Positions 33,727-43,503 are shown, counted from the first letter of the stretch. The stretch is 44,983 nucleotides of DNA from Candidatus Woesearchaeota archaeon (GCA_964367445.1 CAYIXS010000001.1:19054-64036); one strand, 5' to 3'. Program-made: numbers and translations. The notes: generated by a model from the sequence alone, not told the origin.

Positions 33727-34324
33727 ATTTTTTCAACTCTTTTTTTAATTGAATAATGTTTTTATAATGTATTGCTTTTATACCTAATTTTCTTGCTGTT
33801 TCTAAATTTTCTTCTTGATCATCAATAAATATCGTTTCTTTTGGCTTAATTTTATACTTTTTTAGTAAGAATTTATAGATTTTTATACTTGGCTTTGCTA
33901 TCTTAGCATCAAATGATGTAACTACTCCATCAAATAGCTCATTAAAATGTATCTGCTTGTCTTGTGAATTATACCATTCTCTTGCATGATTTGTTAAAGA
34001 ATACATTTTATGGTTTTGTTTTAATTCCTTTATCAAATTTAATATTTCATAATCAACTTCATGCGCGGAATAGAGGTGTTTTTTTATAAAAAATATAGGA
34101 TATTTTAAATTTAGGGTTATTTTTACTCTTTCAAAAAACTCTTTTTCTGAAATTTTAGAAACTCTCCAATCGCGCCAGTATTTTTTTATTTTTGGCTGGA
34201 TGTTTGTTTCCCTTAAAACCTTATTTTGCTTGAAAATCAATTTTGAAATTGTTAAAGCCATTTTATTATATTTTGTTTTTGTAATTAAAACACCACCTAT
34301 GTCGAATATAATGTTTTTAATCAT
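33713..34324 (-). CDS. HAD-superfamily hydrolase
   Basis: Motif I IIFDIGGVL; motif IV IFIDDQEENL. Confidence 0.8.
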   Translation of the reverse strand: MIKNIIFDIGGVLITKTKYNKMALTISKLIFKQNKVLRETNIQPKIKKYWRDWRVSKISEKEFFERVKITLNLKYPIFFIKKHLYSAHEVDYEILNLIKELKQNHKMYSLTNHAREWYNSQDKQIHFNELFDGVVTSFDAKIAKPSIKIYKFLLKKYKIKPKETIFIDDQEENLETARKLGIKAIHYKNIIQLKKELKKYDIL

Positions 34325-34914
34325 TTTTGGATCATGCCTAGAAGGGAGTTTAATACTATGGGTAATTTAGTTATACCTTCTTCACCTGAAAAATGCCCTT
34401 TTTCTTTTTCGATGATAATTTTCGCATTTAACTTATTTTTAAATATTTCTACATTTGATAATGGAACATAAGGATCATTATTTGAGGATATTGCAATCAT
34501 ATTTTTTGATATTTTTTTTACCTTTTCAAAGTTTATTGGTGTTTCAATCCATGGTTTGGCTATCCTCTTCTCTTCGTTAGTTGGTGTGGCTTTTGATGTT
34601 AATGAAAACCAACCTGCTACAAATACAGCACCACCAACTTTAGAATCTACATTTAGTGATTCCAAATATCTTAAACTTGCTTGACAACCTATAGAATGAC
34701 CAACAAAAAATGTTTCCTTATCTGGTATCCTGACTTGTTCTCTTATAAAATCTACCCATTTGTTGATATCTGGTTTGCTAGAATTTGGCATTGATGGTAC
34801 AAAGACTTTAAAGTCTCTCTTTTCTAATTCTTTTTTTAACCAAGGAAACCACCCTTCTTCTGGATAACCATCCCAACCATGAATTATAAAAACTCTCTTT
34901 TTCATTTTGTCCAA
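34321..34914 (-). CDS. Alpha/beta serine hydrolase, RBBP9/YdeN family
   Basis: VFIIHGWDGYPEEGWFPWLKKELE; nucleophile elbow GHSIGC. Confidence 0.8.
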   Translation of the reverse strand: MDKMKKRVFIIHGWDGYPEEGWFPWLKKELEKRDFKVFVPSMPNSSKPDINKWVDFIREQVRIPDKETFFVGHSIGCQASLRYLESLNVDSKVGGAVFVAGWFSLTSKATPTNEEKRIAKPWIETPINFEKVKKISKNMIAISSNNDPYVPLSNVEIFKNKLNAKIIIEKEKGHFSGEEGITKLPIVLNSLLGMIQK

Positions 34915-35915
34915 GCATCAAGTCCTTTTTGCGATACTGGCTTTTTTGTGATTTGTTGTAATGTTTTATTTACCCTATCTTCTGAAAAATCATGTTTATC
35001 TACTAAGATTTTTTTTACTTTTTCTATATCTGGAGAGGTCCATTTCAATTGATAATTTTCCATGATGGGCATAGATTTAAAGATGGCATAAATTTGTTTC
35101 CAGTTAAAATCCGGTTTTAGTTCTTGAAATAGCTTGTCAAAATCTTTTACTGAATGAACTAATTTTAATGCTTTTTTGGGGCCTATCCCTTTAATGCCTT
35201 GCGGGGCGTAATCAGTGCCGCACATTATAGCAAGCACTATTAACTGATCTTGATTTATTTTCAAGCTTTTTAGAACTTCATCTAACTCTATCAATTCTGG
35301 AGTTATTTTTATTGTTTGACCAGATGGCGATTTTCTTCTTTGCGACAAGGTTAGGTTAGTAATTGTTCTTGGGCATCCGTATAATAAAGGATCCGCATCT
35401 GAAGTTGCTACAGCCCAAACATCTTTTTTCTTACAAATATAGCTTATTTGCGCATCTGCTTCGCTTGGTGATTGTATTACTGGTAAACCTAGCGATTTCA
35501 ATAATTCTTTTGAGTCTTCTATAATCTCTTTTGATAAACGAGAAGTCTGTTTGGCATACTTTTCCATTGAAGTAATATCTTCTTCTTCCTGGGCTTCTAA
35601 GAATCTTTCTTCAGCCATTCTTTTTCTGTGTTCTCTTTGCTCTTGAACATGTATCTTTAAAGCAGGAGGTTTTCCGTCAAATACAAAGCAAGGCAAGATA
35701 TTTTGAGATAATAAATTAGAAATTCTTGAGAATATGCCTACATAAACAGAAGTTACGTGTCCTTTTGAATCCATTAAAGGAGTTCCGTCTTTGGAACGAA
35801 TAGAAGAAAGGAATTGATAAGCCATATTTGAAAAATCTATAGCTATCTTTTTCCCTTTTAAATCGGAAAAGTCTATTGCTCTTTTGTTTATAATACCAGA
35901 TAATTTGACTCCCAT
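34902..35915 (-). CDS. fen: Flap endonuclease 1
   Basis: MGVKLSGII, FVFDGKPP, SPSEADAQ, TSDADPLLYG, GIKGIGPKKA. Confidence 0.95.
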   Translation of the reverse strand: MGVKLSGIINKRAIDFSDLKGKKIAIDFSNMAYQFLSSIRSKDGTPLMDSKGHVTSVYVGIFSRISNLLSQNILPCFVFDGKPPALKIHVQEQREHRKRMAEERFLEAQEEEDITSMEKYAKQTSRLSKEIIEDSKELLKSLGLPVIQSPSEADAQISYICKKKDVWAVATSDADPLLYGCPRTITNLTLSQRRKSPSGQTIKITPELIELDEVLKSLKINQDQLIVLAIMCGTDYAPQGIKGIGPKKALKLVHSVKDFDKLFQELKPDFNWKQIYAIFKSMPIMENYQLKWTSPDIEKVKKILVDKHDFSEDRVNKTLQQITKKPVSQKGLDAWTK

Positions 35916-35976
35916 TAGTATTTTTATATATTAAGAAAATTTATAAATATTACTCGGGTTTTATTAAGCACAAAAG

Positions 35977-36633
35977 ATGGTGATAAAGCAGTTATTCTTG
36001 AAACATAAAGGCGGATTATATACCTATCGGGTTCATGATAAAAAATTAGATAGTTACTGCAAGGAAAATGGGTTTAATTCTTTATATACTTATTTGCAAG
36101 GAATTTTTAATAAGTGCCCTAATGAGTATTTCAATACTGGGCCTAGAAGCTCAACTTTAAAATTCAAGCTTGTGGATGATTTAATAGAAGTTCAGGGTCA
36201 TGAAGTTTCTTTATTGGCTAAGTATGGATTAGAGAATAACCAATTTAGGTTTAATGATAATCATTCTAAGGTCCAGGTTTTCATGTTAGAAAATGATAAA
36301 AATACTGTTGCAATGGAAGTTCCAATATGGCTTTATCCTAATGAACTTGGTTGTTATGAGTCTGTTTTTAGAAGCAAAGAGGTTTTAACTGGGCATATTG
36401 ACTTGCTAAGAATAGATGATGATAAGATATGGATTTGGGATTATAAACCAAATGCAAACAAAGAAAAATATGCACCTACACAAATCTTTTTTTATGCTCT
36501 AATGTTGAGCAAGAGAACTGGATTAAGTTTGGATAAGTTTAGATGCGGGTATTTTGACAGTAATTATGCTTTTTTATTTAAGCCGCAGGATAAATTTTTA
36601 GAAAGATTAAGCAAACAAAGAAAATTATTTTGA
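35977..36633 (+). CDS. PD-(D/E)XK nuclease superfamily protein
   Basis: GHIDLLRIDDDKIWIWDYKPN...QIFFYALML (D...D-x-K...Q..Y core). Confidence 0.6.
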   Translation: MVIKQLFLKHKGGLYTYRVHDKKLDSYCKENGFNSLYTYLQGIFNKCPNEYFNTGPRSSTLKFKLVDDLIEVQGHEVSLLAKYGLENNQFRFNDNHSKVQVFMLENDKNTVAMEVPIWLYPNELGCYESVFRSKEVLTGHIDLLRIDDDKIWIWDYKPNANKEKYAPTQIFFYALMLSKRTGLSLDKFRCGYFDSNYAFLFKPQDKFLERLSKQRKLF

Positions 36634-36837
36634 TTTTTTCTTAATTCTATTTAAGATTTTATTGATGTAGTAATTTAAAATCTTTTTTTCCATACCGAGA
36701 CAAATTGCTCCCGCTATTATGAACAAGGGGCCTGGAACTATTGGGAGAAATATGCCTATAAAACCCAAAAGAAAAAAAATAATACCTAAAACTGTCCAGA
36801 ATATCTGAGTTATTTTGAATTTCATCTTAGTAACCAA
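36625..36837 (-). CDS. Small YbaN/DUF454-like membrane protein
   Basis: Two TM helices; IGIFLPIVPGPLFIIAGAICL. Confidence 0.55.
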   Translation of the reverse strand: MVTKMKFKITQIFWTVLGIIFFLLGFIGIFLPIVPGPLFIIAGAICLGMEKKILNYYINKILNRIKKKSK

Positions 36838-39130
36838 ATAACTTTGTTTGTTTTGAGCCTTTCAATAATTCTTCAAAGTTTAAATTAAAAAATACTAAAA
36901 CTGTATCGGCTATCGGTTTTATTTGTTTGTTTATATAATGATCATAATCTAATTTATGTTTGAGCAATTGTTTTGGCTCTGGTCCATTTGTTGTTATATA
37001 ATATTCAACAAGATTTCCTTCAAATTTATCTCCTAAAAGTCTGGCCGCGAAAACGTGTTGGGGTGTAATTTTCACATAACTACCTAATTCTTTTCTAATC
37101 TGTTTTCTATAAACTAGTTTATTGTCATATTTTCCTTCTCTTAAATCAGAAACAAATTTTTTGATAAATAAAGATGGCTCTTGCTTATGAAACACCTTAT
37201 TTAACAACTCTTTTTGAAATATTTGCGCCGCTTCTGTCCAATCTGATCTCGCGAACTCCAATCCTACAATCTCCATTTCTTCTTTTCCATCTTTTTTTAC
37301 TAAACCAGCATATCTTTTTTTTGCTCCTTTTTTTCCAGATCTTACCTTGGGCATTAAAAATCGGATATAATCTTTTTCGAATTCTAATTCTAAAAATGAA
37401 TCTCTTTTATACTCATTTTTTATGGATCTTTTATAAAAATCATTAATTTCTTTTTCAATTTTTTTACCTATTTCTTCTGCGCTTTTTTCTGATTTTGTGT
37501 TAGAATTTATAAAAACGCTGTCAGTATCAGAATAGATTACTTCATATCCCTTCTCATTTATTTTCTTAGCTGTTAATTTTATTATATACTGACCAAAGTG
37601 TGTAATTGCATTTGCAAAGTCCATATTAAAAAATCGGCAGGAAGGTGAAGCCATGATGCCAAACATACTGTTCATTAGAATTTTAATTGCATATCTTGCA
37701 AGCTCATTTTTTTCATTTCTTGCTTTTTCCCTTTCTTTCCATAAGGTTTCAATTATTTCAGGAACAATCCCTTGTTCGTTTCTAAAATAAACTCCGTTAG
37801 GCGATTTAATTGAATTTTTTTCTTTTTTCTTTCCTAAATAAGAAGCAGGATCCAGATTAAAAGTCCTCATTAAAGAGGGATATAGTGATTTAAAATCAAA
37901 AACTAAAACATTATCATAAATCCCGGGTTTTGACTCCATTACATAACCGCCAGTAATTGGGGAGGGTTTTTCTGAGAATTTTCCTGTTGGGCATACTAGT
38001 TTTCTTTCTCGCGCTTTTTTTAAATAAAGTGAATCAAATGAAGCTATTGAAGCTGAAACACGATCTAGCTGCATTCCTGTTAATAACGATCTTTGAATTG
38101 ATAATTCTAAGGTTCCAGATTTTTCTAATATTTCATAAACTAATTTTGCATCTTCTAAATTGTATTCTATTAATCTTTCAGGATCATCTTTATAGATCTG
38201 ATCTATTTTTGACTTATCTTTATGGGCAATTAATTTATTTTTCCCTAAAATATTATAAGCTACTGTATCTAACTTATAATCACGAACCTTAACAAATGAC
38301 GCCCTTAATAATGACAAACCATCTAGGACTTGTCTTCCTACTAAATCTGCTTTGCTGTCTCTAAAAAATCCTTTTTCTATTTTTATCTTAGAATTTGAAT
38401 TATCTCTTCCTAATTGAAAAGGTATTTCATACTGATTAAATTTTTCTTTTAAAAAATTCAAATCAAAATCTATAACATTCCAGCCCGTTATTATATCTGG
38501 GTCTTCCAAAGATAAAACTTTAGAGAAATTTTCCAATAAATTTTCTTCATCTGGACAAGAAATTGCATCTTTAATATTTTCTTTTGAGACTATAAACGAT
38601 TTTTTATAACTGTTAGAGTAAAGAGACAAACAGTATAGTTTTTTTCCATCTATTAATGTTTCTATATCTAATGATATTATTTTAAGATTGTTTGGTTTGT
38701 AATCTGCCTGTTTTAATTCTGGCTCTTTGTAGATCCTATCTATCTTTTCCCCTGTTTCATAATCGCCCTCAATTTCCAAAGAACCTTGTATTTTTTTGTC
38801 TATTAAGAACCTATAAGCAAATTTTATGTCTGCCTCGTAACACTCTATGCTATTCTTTTCAAATTTATTCCTTAATTCTGGAACTTCTGAAGGAATATCT
38901 AAAATTATTTTAGTAACTGCCTCTTTTTGAAAAGTTGTTAAATTTGTTTTTTTATAATCAAGTTTACTTAAGTTTAATGCTTTTTTTAGATCTTTGGCTT
39001 TTATGAAAAAATATGGCTTAAATTCGTTGATTGTTAAGAAAGATTGATTATTTTCCAGTCTACCAAATAAGTAAACGTAAGATTTATCTCCAATTATCCT
39101 GTAAGTTGGATAAATTATAAAACCTTTCAT
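36827..39130 (-). CDS. polB: Family B DNA polymerase
   Basis: Exo I SLDIET, Exo II GWNVIDFDLNFL, Exo III YNLEDAKLVYE. Pol A FKSLYPSLM, Pol B KILMNSMFG, Pol C YSDTDSVF. Confidence 0.95.
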   Translation of the reverse strand: MKGFIIYPTYRIIGDKSYVYLFGRLENNQSFLTINEFKPYFFIKAKDLKKALNLSKLDYKKTNLTTFQKEAVTKIILDIPSEVPELRNKFEKNSIECYEADIKFAYRFLIDKKIQGSLEIEGDYETGEKIDRIYKEPELKQADYKPNNLKIISLDIETLIDGKKLYCLSLYSNSYKKSFIVSKENIKDAISCPDEENLLENFSKVLSLEDPDIITGWNVIDFDLNFLKEKFNQYEIPFQLGRDNSNSKIKIEKGFFRDSKADLVGRQVLDGLSLLRASFVKVRDYKLDTVAYNILGKNKLIAHKDKSKIDQIYKDDPERLIEYNLEDAKLVYEILEKSGTLELSIQRSLLTGMQLDRVSASIASFDSLYLKKARERKLVCPTGKFSEKPSPITGGYVMESKPGIYDNVLVFDFKSLYPSLMRTFNLDPASYLGKKKEKNSIKSPNGVYFRNEQGIVPEIIETLWKEREKARNEKNELARYAIKILMNSMFGIMASPSCRFFNMDFANAITHFGQYIIKLTAKKINEKGYEVIYSDTDSVFINSNTKSEKSAEEIGKKIEKEINDFYKRSIKNEYKRDSFLELEFEKDYIRFLMPKVRSGKKGAKKRYAGLVKKDGKEEMEIVGLEFARSDWTEAAQIFQKELLNKVFHKQEPSLFIKKFVSDLREGKYDNKLVYRKQIRKELGSYVKITPQHVFAARLLGDKFEGNLVEYYITTNGPEPKQLLKHKLDYDHYINKQIKPIADTVLVFFNLNFEELLKGSKQTKLFGY

Positions 39131-39519
39131 GTTATCTTTAGTATTTTTAAATTATTTATTTTTTTAAAATGTTTATCGTTATTTGTTATTAATACTAGAT
39201 TATTTATGATGCAAATACATGCTATGAATAGATCAAAATTATCAATTAATTCTCCTTTATTTTTTAATTCTGATTTTAATTTTCCAAATAGCTTACAACT
39301 ATCTATATCAATATTTAAAATTGCCACATTTGATAAAAAATCTGCTAATTTTTGCGTGTTTTTTTCTTTTTTTGAAGACTGATAGATACCATAAAAGAGT
39401 TCAGCTAAAGAAATTGTTGTTGTATATAATTCATCATAAGACAGAGATATTAATTTATCTATTACTTTTTTATTGCCCCTCAAATACTCAATTATTGTAT
39501 CTGTATCCAATAAGTACAT
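39127..39519 (-). CDS. vapC: PIN-domain toxin VapC
   Basis: MYLLDTDTIIEYL, ...LITNNDKHF acidic PIN residues. ATGA overlap with polB. Confidence 0.85.
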   Translation of the reverse strand: MYLLDTDTIIEYLRGNKKVIDKLISLSYDELYTTTISLAELFYGIYQSSKKEKNTQKLADFLSNVAILNIDIDSCKLFGKLKSELKNKGELIDNFDLFIACICIINNLVLITNNDKHFKKINNLKILKIT

Positions 39520-39794
39520 TAGATTAACACTTCTTTTCTTTTGGATATTTTTCTACCAAAATATATATCTTCTTTAATCTTATCTAAATTTTCTATGTCT
39601 ACCCATCCCCCAGCAGAAGATATGAACTTTTTTCTTTTTCTCACGTTTTCTAACATTTTTGTTATTGCGTAACTAATTGCGGTAGATAAGTTTACATTGA
39701 AAACGCCTGCTATTGTTTTTGATTTTCCTAATTCTTCACTTAATAGCTTAGCTTCTTCATAGGCTTCTTCTGGTAGTTTTATTGTTTTATACAT
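39519..39794 (-). CDS. VapB-like antitoxin
   Basis: 91 aa. The N-terminal IKLPEEAYEEAKLLSEELGKS is typical of archaeal VapB-type antitoxins. 1-nt overlap with vapC. Confidence 0.6.
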   Translation of the reverse strand: MYKTIKLPEEAYEEAKLLSEELGKSKTIAGVFNVNLSTAISYAITKMLENVRKRKKFISSAGGWVDIENLDKIKEDIYFGRKISKRKEVLI

Positions 39795-39926
39795 TTTTCC
39801 TCCTAAATACTATTATTCTACTTTTAGTGGAATTTTATTCTTTAAATACTTTCTGATTTTATAGCTTTTGGAATAACAATCTTTTTAATAAGCTTCTTCT
39901 TTTAGGAAGATAAAAACGGAGAAAAT

Positions 39927-40652
39927 ATGTGGCACAAAAAATATGGGTGGAAACATAATCCCTTTTCTATAAGGGTTAATCCTGACATTTTTGTTGGTTT
40001 GGGCAATGAAAGGAAAAGATTAGCTAGCTATGTTGAGGGCGGGAATATTGTTTTAATTGTTGGCGGCAGGGGGGTTGGTAAAACCTCACTACTGAAATGG
40101 TTAGATAACAGATTAAAAAAACATACCTGTTTTTATTTAAATGCTGAAGAAGTGAAAGAAGGATTTAATATTGAAGAATTTTTAATTGCCAATAAATCAT
40201 TTTTAAGAAAATATCCTAAAAGGGCGGTTTTATTGGTTGATGAATCCCAGAGGATTGGGGATTGGTTCAGGGTTGAAGCACAAAGCTTATGGGAAAGAGG
40301 TATAATTAAAAGCCTAGTTTTGGTTCATGATGGGCTGGCTTCTGATGGTGAAAGTTTTGAGGGTTTTTCTCCTAATCTAAAAAATAGAATTGGCGATAGA
40401 ATAGTGCATCTTAAAAAATTAAATAAAGAAGATGCCTATGATCTAATAAGAATAAGATGCGGAAAGAAGAACCCATTTGATGAATTAGCAATGGATGAGA
40501 TAATCAAAAGATCTAATGGTAATCCTAGGAAGGTACTGGAGAATTGTGAGAAAGTTTGCATTGAATCTGATAAGGAAAAAATAAGCAAATATGAAGTTGA
40601 AAAAATACTTAAAGATAATCCTGCTGCGGAAGTTATTAAAAAGATAGGTTAA
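39927..40652 (+). CDS. Short Orc1/Cdc6-like AAA+ ATPase (no winged-helix domain)
   Basis: NPF..., Walker A GGRGVGKTSLL, Walker B LLVDESQ, lid-like GNPRKVLENCEKV. Only 241 aa. Confidence 0.6.
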   Translation: MWHKKYGWKHNPFSIRVNPDIFVGLGNERKRLASYVEGGNIVLIVGGRGVGKTSLLKWLDNRLKKHTCFYLNAEEVKEGFNIEEFLIANKSFLRKYPKRAVLLVDESQRIGDWFRVEAQSLWERGIIKSLVLVHDGLASDGESFEGFSPNLKNRIGDRIVHLKKLNKEDAYDLIRIRCGKKNPFDELAMDEIIKRSNGNPRKVLENCEKVCIESDKEKISKYEVEKILKDNPAAEVIKKIG

Positions 40653-40670
40653 ATTTAAAATGTAATCAAA

Positions 40671-40735
40671 TTAATTTTTAAAATTTATAGAAAAAATAAA
40701 AAGTTAGTCCTAAATCTTTTTGGCGCCTGCGGCGC
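40671..40735 (-). repeat. Conserved 3' module, copy B (AT-rich flank plus GGCGCC-TGC-GGCGC palindrome)
   Basis: See 17400-17465. In this copy the ORF reads 4 codons further (..GAKKI*). Confidence 0.8.
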
Positions 40736-41471
40736 TTTCGACGACTACCCGACCATCGGAAATCGAGTCAACAAGATTGTCCCTGTAGGAGTACAAATCC
40801 AAGTACCTGTCCAAGTACAACCAAGAAAGGCCTTCTTGTCTTGCATAAAAAGTTCTAAGTTTATTTCTTTCTTCTTTACTTAATTGAGATATTTCTTCAT
40901 CGCTAAGGAAAATAGGAACTCCTCTTTCATCTAATTTTATGAATCTTCTACCATTATTTTCATAAGCTAATTCTGGAGCATTGATAACTGTTGTTTGATC
41001 TGTTAGTTTGAGATTAAGGCCATAGTCATTATTTGCTTTTACTGGCTTCAATGGCCCTGATATTAGAACTGGGAATTTGGTTTTTTTAGCTTGATTTAAT
41101 AAACCAGCTATAATAGAATTATTTCTTTCATAAGAATCTTCAGGAGTTCTTAATACTAAAGCTAAATAATCTTCATAATGCTCTCTTAATGCTTCTGGAT
41201 TTGTTTCTACTAATGATTCTAAAGTTGCTATTGAAGCAGGAGTTATGCCTTGTCTGATTAATTCATAAAGAACAAATGGATTTGAACCTTGTGGTTCTTG
41301 TGTTTGCTCATTGAAACTTAGAACATTTAATGACCTTAAAGCATTATCTTTGTAATCTGCTCTTATTCTTTCTTGATAAGCTTGAACTTGTGCTTTTGAT
41401 AAATATCTTGCTTTAGGTAGGACTATTCCTTTTGGGATTACTGGAATTCCTACAATTAATGGATTTGTCAT
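40710..41471 (-). CDS. Hypothetical protein with a GC-rich, adenine-poor C-terminal segment (cassette B)
   Basis: 253-aa ORF with no TM or signal. C-terminus ...EGLSWLYLDRYLDLYSYRDNLVDSISDGRVVVESAAGAKKI. No family recognised. Confidence 0.7.
   Translation of the reverse strand: MTNPLIVGIPVIPKGIVLPKARYLSKAQVQAYQERIRADYKDNALRSLNVLSFNEQTQEPQGSNPFVLYELIRQGITPASIATLESLVETNPEALREHYEDYLALVLRTPEDSYERNNSIIAGLLNQAKKTKFPVLISGPLKPVKANNDYGLNLKLTDQTTVINAPELAYENNGRRFIKLDERGVPIFLSDEEISQLSKEERNKLRTFYARQEGLSWLYLDRYLDLYSYRDNLVDSISDGRVVVESAAGAKKI
40722..40834 (-). other. DGR-variable-region-like segment (compositional anomaly), copy B
   Basis: Hand count gives ~53% G+C. On the coding strand A is ~17% and T ~30%. 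Many NNC codons (TAC GAC TAC TAC TCC TAC GAC GAC TCC GTC GTC AGC GCC GGC GCC). Confidence 0.4.
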
Positions 41472-41487
41472 TATGGTATTTTTTAGG

Positions 41488-41520
41488 AATAGATTATTTA
41501 TAAATCTTTCTATTTTTACT
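41488..41520 (-). promoter_or_regulatory. Conserved promoter block, copy B (TATA tttataaat at 41497-41505)
   Basis: See 18217-18248. The TATA lies 26 nt from the ATG. Confidence 0.55.
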
Positions 41521-41579
41521 ATTTTTTAGTGGTTATTAATTATGATTAAATTTAAAAGCAAGATAAATTTTCTCTGATT

Positions 41580-42446
41580 ATGGAAGATTATATTAAATCT
41601 GGGGAAATCTGTAAAAAAGCCAGGGAATATGGAATTACTTTGGTTAAAGAAGGGACTAAATTATTAGACATCGCTGAGAAAGTAGAAGAAAAAATCAAAG
41701 AATTAGGCGGAGAGTGTGCTTTTCCTGTTGATGTCAGTTTAAATCATATTGCTGCACACGATACCCCAAGATTTAACGATGATAGGATATTAAAAAATGG
41801 GGATGTTGTAAAACTAGATATTGGAGTTCATGTAAACGGAAAAGTAAGTGATACTGCCGTTACAGTTGAAGTTGGAACTAAAAAATATGAAAATTTAATA
41901 AAGGCAAGCGAAGAAGCACTTGATGCTGCAATAAAAATAATAAAACCCGGAGTTAAACTTAGAGAAATCGGTTCAGCAATCCAAGAAACAATTCAAAAAT
42001 ATGGATATTCTCCTATAATTAATTTATCTGGCCATGGAGTAGATGAGTATGAAGTTCATTCTAAACCAACAATACCTAACTATGATAACAATGATGATAC
42101 TGAATTAAAGGAAAATATGGTAATTGCCATAGAACCTTTTGCAACAGATGGTGAAGGCAAGATTACTGAAGGAAAACCTAGTGGGATTTATGAATTAATA
42201 AATGAAAAAAACACTAGAAATAATAATGCAAGAAAAATTATCAATTTTGTTAAAGAGAGATATAAAACTCTTCCATTCTGTGAAAGATGGTTGATTAAAG
42301 AGTTTGGGGTTGGAGCAAAATTATCCTTGCTATTATTAGAAAGAGAAGGAATAATAAAACAATTTAATATCCTGCCTGAAATAAAAAAAGGGCAAGTGAG
42401 CCAAGCTGAGAGAACAGTTATTGTTGGTAAGGGCGTTATTAATTAA
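41580..42446 (+). CDS. map: Methionine aminopeptidase, type 2 (archaeal)
   Basis: [35 protein letters not shown] metal-ligand pattern. Confidence 0.92.
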   Translation: MEDYIKSGEICKKAREYGITLVKEGTKLLDIAEKVEEKIKELGGECAFPVDVSLNHIAAHDTPRFNDDRILKNGDVVKLDIGVHVNGKVSDTAVTVEVGTKKYENLIKASEEALDAAIKIIKPGVKLREIGSAIQETIQKYGYSPIINLSGHGVDEYEVHSKPTIPNYDNNDDTELKENMVIAIEPFATDGEGKITEGKPSGIYELINEKNTRNNNARKIINFVKERYKTLPFCERWLIKEFGVGAKLSLLLLEREGIIKQFNILPEIKKGQVSQAERTVIVGKGVIN

Positions 42447-43501
42447 AGGTTTTTATCTAGTTCTTTTAATAATTCTTTTTGTTTCTTATCAAGATCTTTA
42501 GGAACTTCAATTAGTACTCTTACATATTCATCTCCATAGCCATAACTATTTAATTTTTTAATGCCTTCCCCTTTTAATCTAAAAATTGTATGGCTCTGAG
42601 TTCCTGGCGGTATTTTTAAATTTGCTTTTCCATTTAAAGTTGGTACTTCTAAAATTCCTCCAAGAACAGCTGTACTAAATTTTAAAGGAACTTCTAGGTA
42701 AATATTATAACCTTCCCTGGTAAATAATTTATGCGGTAAAATGTGGGGAATAATGTATAAATCTCCAAAATTGCCTTCTTCGCCTATTTCACCTTCATCT
42801 TCTAACTTTATCTGATTACCATTATCTATTCCAGCGGGTATTTTGACTTCTAATATTTTGGTTTTTTTGATTAAACCTTTTCCATTACAGCTTTTGCATT
42901 TTTCTTTTATTACCTTGCCTGTTCCTTCACAATCATTACAACTGTATATTTGAGTTACAATTCCAAAGAAACTTCTAGCTATATTTTTAACTTGCCCGGT
43001 GCCTTTACAAGCTTTACAAGTTTCAAATTTATTTTTATAAGCTCCGGAACCATTACAAGAAGTACAAATTTCATGTTTTGGAATTTCAATTTCTTTTTTG
43101 CAGCCGAAAGCAGCTTCTTCAAAACTAAGCTCTAAATCATACCTTAAATCAATTCCTTTTCTTTTTGCCCTATTTCTACCGAAAAAAATATCAAAGAGGT
43201 TATCAAAATCACCAAAACCAGAATCTCTAAATATACCAAAATCAAAATCTCTAAATATATCTTCTTGTGTGAATCTCTGGTCAAATGCCTCATGTCCGAA
43301 TTGATCGTATTGTGCTCTTTTTTGGTCGTCACTTAAAACAGCATATGCTTCTGAAATTTCTTTAAATTTTTCTTCTGTACTGTTATCTTTTGTAATATCT
43401 GGATGATATTTTTTTGCCAGTTCTTTGTATGCTTTTTTTACCTCATCTTTTGAAGCATTTTTAGAAATATTTAATATTTCATAGTAGTCTTTCTTTGCCA
43501 T
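42443..43501 (-). CDS. dnaJ: Chaperone DnaJ
   Basis: J domain DYYEIL...YHPD and four CxxCxGxG repeats. Confidence 0.95.
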   Translation of the reverse strand: MAKKDYYEILNISKNASKDEVKKAYKELAKKYHPDITKDNSTEEKFKEISEAYAVLSDDQKRAQYDQFGHEAFDQRFTQEDIFRDFDFGIFRDSGFGDFDNLFDIFFGRNRAKRKGIDLRYDLELSFEEAAFGCKKEIEIPKHEICTSCNGSGAYKNKFETCKACKGTGQVKNIARSFFGIVTQIYSCNDCEGTGKVIKEKCKSCNGKGLIKKTKILEVKIPAGIDNGNQIKLEDEGEIGEEGNFGDLYIIPHILPHKLFTREGYNIYLEVPLKFSTAVLGGILEVPTLNGKANLKIPPGTQSHTIFRLKGEGIKKLNSYGYGDEYVRVLIEVPKDLDKKQKELLKELDKNL

Positions 43502-43503
43502 AT

